DNA from: a virus
DNA length: 64,000 nucleotides
Virus record (IMG/VR): IMGVR_UViG_3300009408_000001
Span: 64,001 to 128,000 of that record
Reading direction: 5' to 3' (one strand)
Shown: positions 9,728-21,800 of the stretch, piece by piece
Position numbering within the stretch: position 1 is the stretch's first letter
Layout: each line of letters opens with the position of its first letter
Notes under the pieces: model-generated
Told to the model about the DNA's origin: nothing
The model's input: the letters and a program-made list of their open reading frames with translations, nothing else
Databases searched by the model: none
Made by a program: the position numbers and the translations under genes

Positions 9728-10696
9728 ATGGCAGCAGAACTCAAGGACTCGGTTTTTACCTCCGGGCCAAACGAAGCACTGGACACGGTGGATGTATACT
9801 CACCAGAAGGACTACTAACCTTAAATAACCTCCTCGGAATACTAGGAGCGGGTGGTGCTACTGATAAGTCATTTGACTACCTGTCCAAGCTACCAGAAGG
9901 AGTGGGATTATCGTTTCCAGTTGGTGACTTACTTGACATGGGGATCTCACCCAATCAGTTAAGGGCACTGTTTCCAAAGGGAGTTCCCACAGGGATAGAC
10001 TTACTCCAGTATTTACGGGATTATCCTGGGCTAGACATGACTGGCTTCCGTGGGTCACTTGCCGCTATTGCTGACCTATATTCACGGGTGGACTTAGATA
10101 ACCTAACCTTAATTGAGTTCGAGCGTCTGGTTTTCTCCGGCATAGAGGGGTCTCACTGGGGACCAGGTGGCAATTACTACCCCGGGATAGAGGTTGCTAG
10201 GCTAGTAGGTCGATTGTCGGAGTTACCTCCTGTCGATGTCATTGTGGCAGTCAGGGAGATCCTCTCTCTTAACCCGGAGGTATCAGTGGCAATGGCTGAC
10301 CACATCCAGGTACTTCTTGCGGCAGTTGGAAACGTGGCTGGTGCTGCTGCTGTTAACGCAAGTGGATTGGGTTCTGGCTCCACACTTGTTGCCAGAATGA
10401 CTGTGGAAAGAGCGTTGGCATCGGTAGCCCACCATGGGCGTACCCCCTCTAAATTGGAGGCAGTGTCCTTTGTTGACTTACTCATCTCGATATTGGCCAC
10501 GTGGGGGTGGGTCATGCGCGGCGGTGTCCTTATTTCTGACCTCACCATTTATGGGTATGCTTCACGCGATGCACTTTACATGATGTTACTCGATCCAAGG
10601 GTAGCCGGTGCAGCGGACATCTGTACCCGCATCAGTGTGGAGAGACATTACGTTCGTGACGTGGTTAACCGTTCCTATCAGTACCTATCCGTATGA
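9728..10696 (+). CDS. phiKZ-like virion structural protein
   Basis: GGAG RBS; N-terminal VFTSGP...DTVDVY motif; convergent with the gp182-like gene. Confidence 0.7.
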   Translation: MAAELKDSVFTSGPNEALDTVDVYSPEGLLTLNNLLGILGAGGATDKSFDYLSKLPEGVGLSFPVGDLLDMGISPNQLRALFPKGVPTGIDLLQYLRDYPGLDMTGFRGSLAAIADLYSRVDLDNLTLIEFERLVFSGIEGSHWGPGGNYYPGIEVARLVGRLSELPPVDVIVAVREILSLNPEVSVAMADHIQVLLAAVGNVAGAAAVNASGLGSGSTLVARMTVERALASVAHHGRTPSKLEAVSFVDLLISILATWGWVMRGGVLISDLTIYGYASRDALYMMLLDPRVAGAADICTRISVERHYVRDVVNRSYQYLSV

Positions 10697-10707
10697 CAAC
10701 ATAGTTA

Positions 10708-10729
10708 CCCCTCCCTTTTTTGGGAGGGG
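10708..10729. terminator. Hairpin between convergent genes
   Basis: CCCCTCCC-TTTTTT-GGGAGGGG. Confidence 0.7.
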
Positions 10730-10736
10730 CTTTATG

Positions 10737-12785
10737 CTACCTGTGCACCGATTTGAACAGTCCAGCGATCGTTCTTCCTGGACCGATACCTGAGAACTGC
10801 GCCGCATGGTGAGTTGGTGACATCCATGCTTCAAAACTGGCCAACTGCTGTCGCCATGCTAACTTTAACTTGGCGGTTCCATAGTACTGGTCGTACAGTG
10901 ACAACCCACTCAGACACGCAAGGTATCGTGTGAAAGCGGTTTCTTCATCGAATGCACTCATGGATAAGAAATCCAATGGTCCCGAAAGGGGAGACAGCGG
11001 CATGTGTGCGAGCTTATCTAGGTTCAGTACTGAAATCGTGATATCGATTCGTGCAGGTATGTTATCTACGGTCCACCCAATTCCACCACCGCCTGAAGTC
11101 ACCGTTACGGAATCAATGATTCCCTTCTCAATGTTGTTCTTACCGTGGTGAAACATACGACATAACAAAGGACTCGTATAAGAATGTTTACCCGTGCTCA
11201 GTGGCATAACTCCCGCAAGAATTGCAGCAAGGGGCACCAGGCGAGTTAACATAACCGAGGTTTTATTCCCATATGGACCGCCTAGTGAGATGGTAAATGA
11301 AGAAGTGGGTAACTGGGTAGTAGACGCTTCCCAGAACTCTGGCATATCTACCATTGCGCTTCCGCCTAAGCCAGCTAAGTTTCCCATGCCAATCGAAGCA
11401 AGGCCACCTTCCATCAAGTTTTTTACAGCGGTGAATGCACTTTCCGCCATGCTAGCTATGGCACCATCCCCAACGTTACCATGTGCGAAGTCAAAGAACT
11501 TACTCCTTGCACCAGAACTGGTGGAGTTAAATGATCCTTCTAGGTCGGACTTTCTAGTGGAGTTAGTCACAGACATCTGTGTGGTGGGTATGTGATCTAC
11601 GTAGAACCCTACCCACATGGAACCATCTTCTAGTTCGGCGAGTAGACTACCGTCTCTGGCTTCCTGATGTACGTCTCCTACCTCTTTGGTAGCGTACGAG
11701 ATTGCGGCGTCCTTATCCCCTGCAATTACGTCTGCGTCCAATTCTGCTCTGGTTAATCCCACACCACGCCCAACACTGCTGTTCTTATAGTAGTTGTTCA
11801 TGTACTTTAAGTAGGTAGGTTGGTTTGCATCCCCCGCATTGGCTTGCATGTAGGTTGCGATACCCGGGGGGTCCATGCGTTCCCGAATGTACTTACGAAT
11901 CGCATCATCATAGGATAACTTATCGTTGTATACCGATGCGTCTGCAATTGACTTAAGTGTTCGGTGGTGGTGATTAGCCAGTCGTTGTGCTCTAGTGGAG
12001 ACCGCGAAGATATCAATCCCCCCATTCTTGTTACGAAAGATGTCTGGCATGAGTCGATTCATGACGGAGACGTCGTCCGTGGACATAGCGTCTCCATATG
12101 AAGCGGGTAAACCTGCAGCAGAAGCCGCTTCCTTAACGGTCTCGATCGACTTGTTTAAGAAGTTAAGCGGAACAGGGGGTTCTACGATTCCCAGGTTAAC
12201 CCCAAGCTTGTTTACAATTGTGGACACAGAGCTCCAGTACAGTGCCATGGTTTGTTTTATGTAGTAGAACGATGAGTTGGCACTGCCCAGTAACATTCCG
12301 ACTACGTTGGTAACCATGTTATTAAGGCCAGCAACCGCCTGCAATGGCAACGTAAGTAAGAACCCTATCGCATACCCTGCTTCAAAGAAGAACCCTCTAG
12401 AGTCACCTGTGTTAGCCAGGCGGGCCATCTGTGTATCATAGTACTTTGAAAAGAATCCAGTTAGACTGTTGTGTTTAGGCAGTCCAAACTGGAAGTACAC
12501 GATTTCAGCGTTGTCGTCAATCACACTGCTGTAATATTCCCCCTGTCCGTCAGACATACCAACCGGTCCGAATCCGGGCATACGTGGGTCAGCAAAGGGC
12601 GTAAACTGTGGTTTGGGGTTCAGCCCAAGGTTACCACCCAGTGATGAATCTGTGTATTTCAAATCTGCACTGGTGTAGTTCCGGTTGGCTTTAGCTCTAC
12701 CCCCCATGACTTTACCAGGGATGAGGTAAACTTGCTGTATCCAATCGTGGTCAGATCGTATCTTTAGAAAATCTGCTGCGGCCAT
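10737..12785 (-). CDS. Virion tail/baseplate protein (phiKZ gp182-like)
   Basis: 682 aa directly downstream of the gp181-like gene; YTDSSLGGNLGLNPKPQFTPFADP and G..YYS..IDDN motifs. Confidence 0.75.
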   Translation of the reverse strand: MAAADFLKIRSDHDWIQQVYLIPGKVMGGRAKANRNYTSADLKYTDSSLGGNLGLNPKPQFTPFADPRMPGFGPVGMSDGQGEYYSSVIDDNAEIVYFQFGLPKHNSLTGFFSKYYDTQMARLANTGDSRGFFFEAGYAIGFLLTLPLQAVAGLNNMVTNVVGMLLGSANSSFYYIKQTMALYWSSVSTIVNKLGVNLGIVEPPVPLNFLNKSIETVKEAASAAGLPASYGDAMSTDDVSVMNRLMPDIFRNKNGGIDIFAVSTRAQRLANHHHRTLKSIADASVYNDKLSYDDAIRKYIRERMDPPGIATYMQANAGDANQPTYLKYMNNYYKNSSVGRGVGLTRAELDADVIAGDKDAAISYATKEVGDVHQEARDGSLLAELEDGSMWVGFYVDHIPTTQMSVTNSTRKSDLEGSFNSTSSGARSKFFDFAHGNVGDGAIASMAESAFTAVKNLMEGGLASIGMGNLAGLGGSAMVDMPEFWEASTTQLPTSSFTISLGGPYGNKTSVMLTRLVPLAAILAGVMPLSTGKHSYTSPLLCRMFHHGKNNIEKGIIDSVTVTSGGGGIGWTVDNIPARIDITISVLNLDKLAHMPLSPLSGPLDFLSMSAFDEETAFTRYLACLSGLSLYDQYYGTAKLKLAWRQQLASFEAWMSPTHHAAQFSGIGPGRTIAGLFKSVHR

Positions 12786-12807
12786 GTGTCATCTTCTCCT
12801 GAGACTG

Positions 12808-12839
12808 CATAAAAAGGTAACCCCCAGAACGGGGGTTAC
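12808..12839 (-). terminator. Terminator after the giant gene
   Basis: GTAACCCCC-AGAAC-GGGGGTTAC with an A tract on the plus strand. Confidence 0.7.
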
Positions 12840-12852
12840 ACACGGGTATATG

Positions 12853-15800
12853 CTATGACTTAAAGTCCACAACCGATTTAAACACCGTAGTGTCTGTGTT
12901 CGGCAGCGCTTTCTTTATGCTGTCATTGCTGTTACCAGAGGAATCACCCTTCACAACGATCGTAGTATCTTTACTGGCAATAGTCTCCAGTTTTTCGATC
13001 ATACGCTCTTGGTTGTTGATCATAGTATTTCTCTGTTCTTCTGCGGCGATACTGAGTGCGATCTGCTGTTTCATCGCACCAACCGTATCATCCCGAGTTC
13101 TAGACGCTAGGTCCATGTGGCGAAGTGCCAACCCATCGGATGCACTTAAGCGTTTCCGGGGAGTTAAACTGACTTCAGCTTCTGGACGACGACGAGTTAC
13201 AGGTACCGGTGTAAATTTAACTGACTCTTGTCTACGGGATGCACGGTACGCCATTTCCTTAGCGTCTTGTTCATCCCGCATCGTTTGCAGTTTACTGGCA
13301 ACCGTAATTCCTTCAGGGGGCTTGGACACAGGCTCCTTAACCGTTACCCTTTCTTCTGGAGGAAGTTGCTTAGCATTTACCCTAGCCACCATGGCGTCAT
13401 GTTCTTCCGATGCAAGCTCATTCCGCGTGGCAGGTGGGGTTGGTTGGTCATCACTAATGAACGTCATGGCCTCCCTAGCAGACAGTTTTGAAAACTGTCT
13501 CATTGTTAGCGGGTGTTTCCCGGACCGTTTCCGGATAGAGTTAACCGCTGTCAATGCCCGTTCTAACCTACTACCCTCTACATTCAGATTCCTTTCTAAA
13601 TCCTTAGAGCGATCGTAAGGTAGGGTACTTGTCCTAGGTTTCTCCGTAGGTGGGGGAGTAACCGAGGAACCGTACTTATTCGCCATCATGGTGTTACCCA
13701 TTGATTTTTTCTCTTCCATAAGCGCACCCACTTCAGTGGCGGACATCGATGCAACCTGCATCATTGACATACCGGGTTTCCCCAGATCAGCCAGGGTGTT
13801 TGACACCATGGTGTACTTACGCTGCATCACACCAATCTCAAGTTGAGACAACCCTTCGGTTGCCTTCTCAATCTCGGCAGCGGTAACTTGGTGCCTAAGT
13901 GAAGTAGGTCGCGTCACAGACGGTGTAACCCGTGTCGTAGGTTGCACAGGAGTAACCCCCGGCATTGTAGGTGCCGTGCCGTACTTATTCGCCATCATGG
14001 TGTTACCTAGGGCCTTTTTCTCTGCAACAAGTGCAGACACGGCCTCCGGTTTCATATCCATGACTTCTTGCATCGTAATCCCAGGTCGACCCAGGTCGGA
14101 TAACATGGCAGATACCATGGTGTACTTACGCTGCATCACGCCAATCTCAACCGGTGTCTTTCCTTCTGACATGGTTTCAATTTCGTCTTTTGTAACGACA
14201 TGTCGTTTTGCAACCACCTTTTCAGGAACAGGAGCAGTAGGAGAACTTCCTTTATCCGATGCAGGGCTGGCAGAATCAGTCAACTTCTGTAGCTTAGCAC
14301 TGGGTGGGGATTGCTTTGCAGCAAGGGTGTCTACCCCTTCGAGGCCATCCGACTGCCCCTCTACCTTACTCCCCTTGGCGATTTCCTCAGCGGTCTTTAT
14401 CTCATTAACCGCTGCTGTTTTGTCCACGGATCTAAAACCGGAAACCGGATCAGTAGTGGGCCCCCACTGTTTAAGGTTCTTCCGCCATTCAAAATGGAGG
14501 TGGTTACCGTCACTAAGTCCTGTGTTTCCAACGGTACCGAGCAACTGGCCCTGGAGGACGGTATCCCCTATATGTAACCCACGTGCGCGTGAGTTCATGT
14601 GGGCATACCGGGTAGATGTCCCATCTGCATGCCTCAGGTAAACGACATTGCCATAACTAGGTGAATAATGCGAACGCATGACCCTACCATCCATAGCAGC
14701 GACGACGGGTGTTCCCTTGGGTGCGGCTATATCTATTCCCTTGTGGAAAGACCGTTCCCCCCCAATGGGGTGTTTACGCCAACCGTACGGAGAACTGATT
14801 CTTCCTTCAGCCGGTATCATCATCTTAGACTTGCGTCCTAGGTCATCCCCACCACCGTATATTACAGAGGCACCAACCAATGCACCCGCAACCAAACCGA
14901 TGGCCTTTTTCTTTCCCTTCTTTTCAGTAGGGGGATTAGGGTCCCGTTCGTTTTCCTTCCTGGCTTTCTCTTCGGCATCGGTTCGTTTCTTATCGTTCCT
15001 AGACTTGTTCTTATCCTCACCAGGTAGTCCTGGTACGAAATCGAAGTCATCTAATTCAGAGTCACTCATAAGGGTTTCTAGCATGCGTCTCGTGTAGTCA
15101 AGTACAATGTCTCGCATGCTGTAAACGGGCTTACCATTGAACGGTGTTGCAAGTACCGCGTATGGGTTGAATCCCCGTTTGATGTCCTTCTCAGTTATCT
15201 GAACCCGATTGATGAACATCGCCTGGTCCTTATCGTCCATCTCATCATCGATGTCAAGTATGTCTACCCCATCGTCTAAACGATACGCTGCTTGGATATG
15301 AGTGTAGAATACGGGAATGAACCGTTTCCGGAACCACGTGTTCCACTCACGACCATGTGCGCGATCGTCCAGAAGCCTATTGAACGCTTCATGGTGCTCT
15401 TCATAGAAGTACGCCGGTTCTTCGTTCAGGGTAGGGGACCCGTTCTTATCCAGATCAATCTCTGACCTTACCTGGTCTTCGAGGGCTCGGATTGCGTAGA
15501 TGAAGTCTTCGTCCTTGAGACTCACCCCGTATTGCAAGAACCTAAGCCCTTCGACAGGTTGTACGTCTGAACCATAGGTTAAATGTTTCGTCAGTTTGTA
15601 CGCGCCCCAGGCGGCCACGCCCACAACCGCAAGGACACCCAGTCCCAACATCAGCGTCCCTACACCCAGTGCCGCAGCAGCCGTGGCTGCTGTGGTGGCA
15701 ACGCTAGTGGCAACGCTAGTGGCTGCCACGGTTGCTGCTACCCTTGCTACCGTTTGCATAACTTTACCTCCAACAGCCTTAGCTGTATCGATCACAACAT

Positions 15801-18800
15801 CCTTAGCCTTATTGACCACTCTACCACCAACATCCATAGCTTTATTGACCACTGCATCCTTAGCTCGGTTGGTATATTCACCAGCCTTCCCGGCGGCCCA
15901 TCCTACTGCGCCCCCTACGCTAGGGATGCTACCCAACGTGTTGGCACGTCGTAAGTTGCGTCGGTTTTGTTCATCTTCCTCCTGTTCTTGATCTTGCCAT
16001 GAACCATCCCGGTCACCGTCGCCATCTGCATCATTCGCGTTGGGACCAGCCGTACTCGCTTCTTGCATCTTAACAAGGTCACTCAACAGTTCAGTCTGAG
16101 TGGACATGTCTTCGCGTTCGTCTTCACCTAACTCTTGGTTCTGTTCGATGAGTGACGTTAACTCGCCAATGGTTCCAAGTAACAGGGCGTTTTCCGGACC
16201 ACTGGATACGCCTGGATTAGAACCCGGTCCATCAGTACCAGTCGTAGTAGGAGTCCCCTGCATCTCTTTCAGATTACTCAGGAGGTTCTCCCTGGACTCC
16301 AGTAACTCTACCTCAGAACTGGGGGTGTTGCGTATGAGTTCCTCTAACTCGGCAATAGATGCTCGCAGTTCTGGAGTGTGTGGCTGTGCGGTAGCTGGTT
16401 CTGGGTTAAGTAAGCGATATTCCTCTTCCGTTAAACCAGCATCGTTTGCACCGGAGGTGCCACTGACGTTGATAGATGTAAGTCCGGATAACCTATTCCT
16501 AATGCGGTCCATACGACTTCCACCGGAGAAGTCAGCATTTGGAACAAATGTTCGACCTGCCACGTCCTCTGTTCCAGGTGTAATAATCTCCGGTCCCACA
16601 TTATCTGAAGGAGTAGGAGGAGTATCCACCTGTTCTTCCACAGCTGCAAGTTCAAGTGCGACGATGTCTTCTTCTGTCAACCCAGCCGCATTAGCACTGG
16701 CGGTGTCAAATGAAGTGGCGTCCCTTAACCTACGGCGCAACCGTTCTAACCGGGTAGTAGTGTAATCAGAGTTCGGTTGGAATACCCGTGGTTCATCGAG
16801 TGGTGGTTCCGAAACCTCTTCTATTCCTGGGCTGGTGGAATCCGAAGTGGGTACATCCAATAGTGCCTCCATACCCGGAAACGGTGTGTTAGCTGCCGCT
16901 TCTGCTTCTGCTAGAGCAACACGAAGTTCCTCAGGCATACCGGTTACCGTTTCTGGTGGAGTTGGACCTTCTTCCATCGCCTGCGCTATCAGAAGATCGT
17001 TCCTTTCGGAAACACTGAGTTCCGACGTACCCACTTCCTGGACCATGGTGTCCGGGCTCGGTGGGTTAACGATTCCCTCTTGGGTGGCAGATACCACTAC
17101 AGGTACTTCCGCCCCAGTGGATCCCTCCCTCATCAGCTCTTCCATCTTAGCATCGTTGATCTGAGCTAAGGTAAGCGGAGTATCTGGGGAGTTGGGAGTA
17201 ATTCCCTCCATGAGATCGGATACCGCTTCTGAATCGGCCCGCTGTGGAACACGGGATGGACCGATGACAGGTGCATCGGTACCAGTACTGTTTCCATCCA
17301 TCAGCTCTTCCATCTTAGCATCGTTGATCTGAGCTAAGGTAAGCGGAGTATCTGGCAGTATTTCTGTTGGCGGTTTTCTTTTCTTGGGGATCGTCAATTC
17401 CAAGGCTTCCATCGCCCCAGAATAATCTTCCGCCTTCCATAGGGCAATTGCCTTCTTAAATACGTCGTCCTTAAGATCGACAGTATCATCCCATGTGAGA
17501 GGGGAACTCCCCTTATCAATGCGCATCCTCAGTTGAACCAAGAGTTCACTCTTCAAAGTGGGGTCCACAAGCTCTGATTCTTCCGTAGTGGTTCCCGGTA
17601 GTTGTACCTCCTCGACAGTATCATCGGGTTCCAACGGGTTGTGTTCCTGTAGTGGAACTGGAGCTAACGTACGACCTGGGGTTTCGTCAACCGGTGACTC
17701 TCCCATGAGTCTGGTGATTTCCAAGTCGTTAACCTGTACGGGTGTCATCTCCACCTTAGAGGACACTTCCTGTTTTTCACCCGGTTGAACTAAGGACACG
17801 GGTACCCGATCGGCACTATTCAAACTCGCTGCCATGAGCGATAACATGTCATCATCATGCCTTTGTGCGAGTTCACGAGGAGTCCCCGGTGACTCCTCTT
17901 CCCCACGGTCTGCTGGTGGGGTTTCTACACTAACGGTATCCTTCCCATCTACAACACGGTCCACTTCAGAATGGACCTGGGTTATAGTTGGTACGGAAGG
18001 GATCCCCGTTGGTGCTTCTTCCATCATAGCGGCGATCTTAGCATCGTTGATCTGAGATAAGGTAAGCGGAGCATCTGGTGCCGCACCTTCCACCTGTACT
18101 ACAGTGGGTTTCACAGGGATGTGTTCCACTGGGACAGGTGTTTCTTCCGTGGTGACCGATGGAGATGCAACCACAGTCGGTTGGGAAACCGGTGCAGGTG
18201 GAGCCTCTTCAGGTTCATCTTCCATCATAGCGGCGATCTTAGCATCGTTGATCTGAGATAAGGTAAGTGTCGTCCCAGGTGTGATGTCGTCCTGTGCGAG
18301 TACTGTGGTCGGTTTAACACTGTCTGTTGTCAGGGTGGTTGGACTAGGTGCGATTGAAAGCGCATCCTTCACTGTTTCCGGTACCACAGGGGCAACGGGG
18401 GTAGTCGGGATAACCACTGGAGAACTACCCGGCAATGGAGCAGGAGTTGCAGGTGCTGGAGTAACCGCCTGTTTTACGCCTTCTGGTTTTGACTCCGTTC
18501 CGGTTAACATTTCCATTGCCAGTGAAACATTCCCTTCCTTGAGTGCAATGGATGCCAGTTCTACAGTGTCACTTACATCGGCGGTGGCTGTCTTAACCAC
18601 CTTACCAATACTGCTGTCTGCAACCTTACCTTTGAGCTCCTTGGCTTTCTTAACCACGGTGCTTTCCGAAATGGTCTTTCCAGCAGTCTCCAGGGCAGAA
18701 CCTACCTCAGAACCCACTTTACTTTCCTTAGCAGACTTAGCAGCGTACTCTGCTGCTTCCTTCATGAACTCTTTAGCAAGCGCATGATCTCCCTCGGCCA

Positions 18801-21800
18801 TGGCTTCCCTAGCCATCTCCAGTGAAGCTGCGGTGTTTTCCTTAACATCCTGTATCCGAATGTAAGTATCTGAGGCCATAATGGTTTCGAGTGTCTCTTC
18901 CTTGAGTTTCTTTGTGTGGGTCACAATGTCCTTAACCGTTTCGGATTCCATGAGTTCTTCTGCTTTAGAGGCTGCGGTCTTAGCCACCTCCTTCGCTTTC
19001 TGACCCAGTGCTGAATCGGACACATCCGCAGCCAAGTCCGATGCCACGTCCACTGCTGAACCCACTGCCTTACCAACCGCAGAGTTACCAACCGCTTTAC
19101 CCACGTCAGATTCGGCTATTTCCTGGCCAACTAACTTAGCCCCATCTGACAAGATGGTACCCACTTCAGCGTAGTTCCCTTTACGAGCCGAGTCGATTGC
19201 CCACTCTGCACTGGTTCCCGCTACTTTCGCAATGTTCGTCGCACGTTTAACCGCGTCAGAGTTTGCGACATCATCCAGTACTTCTGTGGCGTTGGCGACA
19301 ACCGTACTGTGCTTTATGTCTTCCTTAAGTTGCGTCGCTTTCTTTGCGGTGGCCTTGTACGCATCCGTACTCTTAACCGTCTTCTCTACTTGTGCGTACA
19401 CCTTAGCCAGTTCAGACTTGGTCACCTCATCGGTAGCATCCGCCATACCCTGTTTAAGGATAGTCAGTGCTTCTTCCTTGTTACCCTTCTTATACGCCTC
19501 GTAACCCCACTCTAAACTGGTCTTACCAATCTCCGAGATGTTCTTAACACGGGTTACGAAATCAGAACTGGTAATGGTATCAGAAAGGTCTGTCGCTGCG
19601 GTTTTGACTTTCTTAACCGCTTTACTTTCCGATACCTCGGTTGCAAGCTTACCAGTAGCCTTGTACGCTTTGGTCTTGGCTACCTTAGTTTTAACATCCT
19701 TTAAGACACGGGCCAGTTCAGACTTGGTCACATCATCTCTAGCATCCTCCATACCCCGTTTAAGGATCTCGAGTGCTTCATCGGTATTCCCTTTCTTGTA
19801 TGCCTCGTAACCCCACTCTAAACTGGTCCTACCAGTCTCAGAGATGTTCTTAACACGGGTTACGAAATCAGAACTGGTAATGGTACTTACCGTGTCTTTT
19901 GCCATCTGCTTTGCCGACTGTGCTACCTTGCTGTCGGCTACAGCGGTGGCAGTAGAGGATGCGGACTTATACGCCTTACTTGACTTGATGTCCTTTTCCA
20001 GTTCCTTAACTGCTTTAGCGAGTTCAGACTTGGTAACCTGATCAGACGCATCAGACATACCACGTTTAAGGATAGTCAATGCTTCTTCTTTGTTACCAGC
20101 TTCCATTGCCTCATATGCCCAGCCTACCGTAGTCATCCCGATCTCAGATAGGTTAGATACCCTGGTCATCGCGTCTTTCAACGTGGTGCTTTCTACAACA
20201 CTGTCTTTCAAGGTAGTTGCTTTCTCTACTAAGGAGTTAGCAATCTTACTTTCCGTGACGGTGTTCTTCGCAGAATTAAAGAGAGACCCGAGTTTATCAA
20301 TCGCGTTCTCTTTAGGCGCACCCGGTGTAGCAGGGATTACCATTACAGCTGGAGCAGGTGGTGCATCGGGGTCTACCGGCATTGGTTTCCCTTCTGCATC
20401 CAACTGAGGTGCCGCAGGGGCGGCCATTGTCATACCCGCAGGTAAGGTTAAACTCACCGTCGGAGCACTCGTAGAGAACTCCATGATCCGTGTAAGGATC
20501 TTTTTAAGCACTCCAGTCTGTTCATCGATGTGCGGAACAGCGTCGGCTGACATGTAACCGGTACCCACAGAGTCCTTCGACTTCAGCCCCCGGAGTCCTG
20601 CGGCCCCAGCCCCCCTTGTTGCTGAGAAAATACCACGGTTCAGTTTCACAGTGGTTTTGGCCAGCCCCTTGGCAATCGTACTTCCCATGGAAAAGGCCTT
20701 ACCGATCGCTTTCCCGGAGTACCCGGTTAATGCGCGTAGTAATCCACCAGAACCCAACGTTACACCGTTCTTATCAACCAGTCCTTGTTTGATATCGTCA
20801 ACCGTTAAAACGATGTTCTCACCTTCATAGACGTCGCCGTTTATGTCAGTGATTGCTTTTATAGGGCGACCGTCTTTGTCAGTGTACCTACCTGCCAACA
20901 TAAGACGCGACAATAGCCGAGGTGTGCTTTCACCATCAACATACACGTCACGCCGTTTCAGAGATCGACTGGCCGTGTTAAGCAGCCACTTACCAGCACC
21001 ATACGCGCCTTTAATGATTGCTGTCTGTACGCCAAAGACACCACTGACTGCACGGGTAACCGGAGAGAGAAGATCAGAGATAGACTTTCCTCCCTTCTCT
21101 ACCAAACCAGTTTCGATATCGTCTGCTGTTAGGATCACGTTTCCAGTTGCGTTTACAACCGGACCCTTGATGTCCTTAAGTGACTTAATCGGATCACCTG
21201 ACTCTTCATCGAAGTACTTACCCGATTTCATGCCGCGTGCGGTTAAGACCGGTTCAGAATCACCCTTAATGTAAATGTCATCAGTGAAGTAACTGGTAAC
21301 GCCACGGGTTACGGTTTTAACACCCCCTCCGAGGACACTGGCTGCTGCTCCTGCAACTTTACCCATTCCTTTGTAGTAACTACCGAGTAACCCCGTTAAT
21401 GTCCCTACGCCGGATTTCATGGTTCCAAAAACACCAGACGCTAAAGCACCTAATTTAACGCCTCCGCTACCACCTCCAGAAACAACACCTTCCGCAATGG
21501 ACTGAAGGAGTAGGTGTGTGGTTCGTGAGTTGCCATCGATGGATTCCACCACCGAACGGAACCCCGGATCCAAGTCGGAGTATCCTTCGAAAATATCCGC
21601 TGTACTGAAACCACTCGACAGGTGTTCCTTGGCTTTCTCTAAGGCAGTTAACTCTTCCGCTGACTTAGGTGACTCGTCTTCGACTTCCCTAGGTATGGGT
21701 GCTGTTTCAAGTAATGCAGCGGCCCGCTCCAATAGGTCTGAGGTATTGGTTAGTGACGCTGTGGTTGATTCTACCACAACCGCCTCGGTTTCCTCCACTG

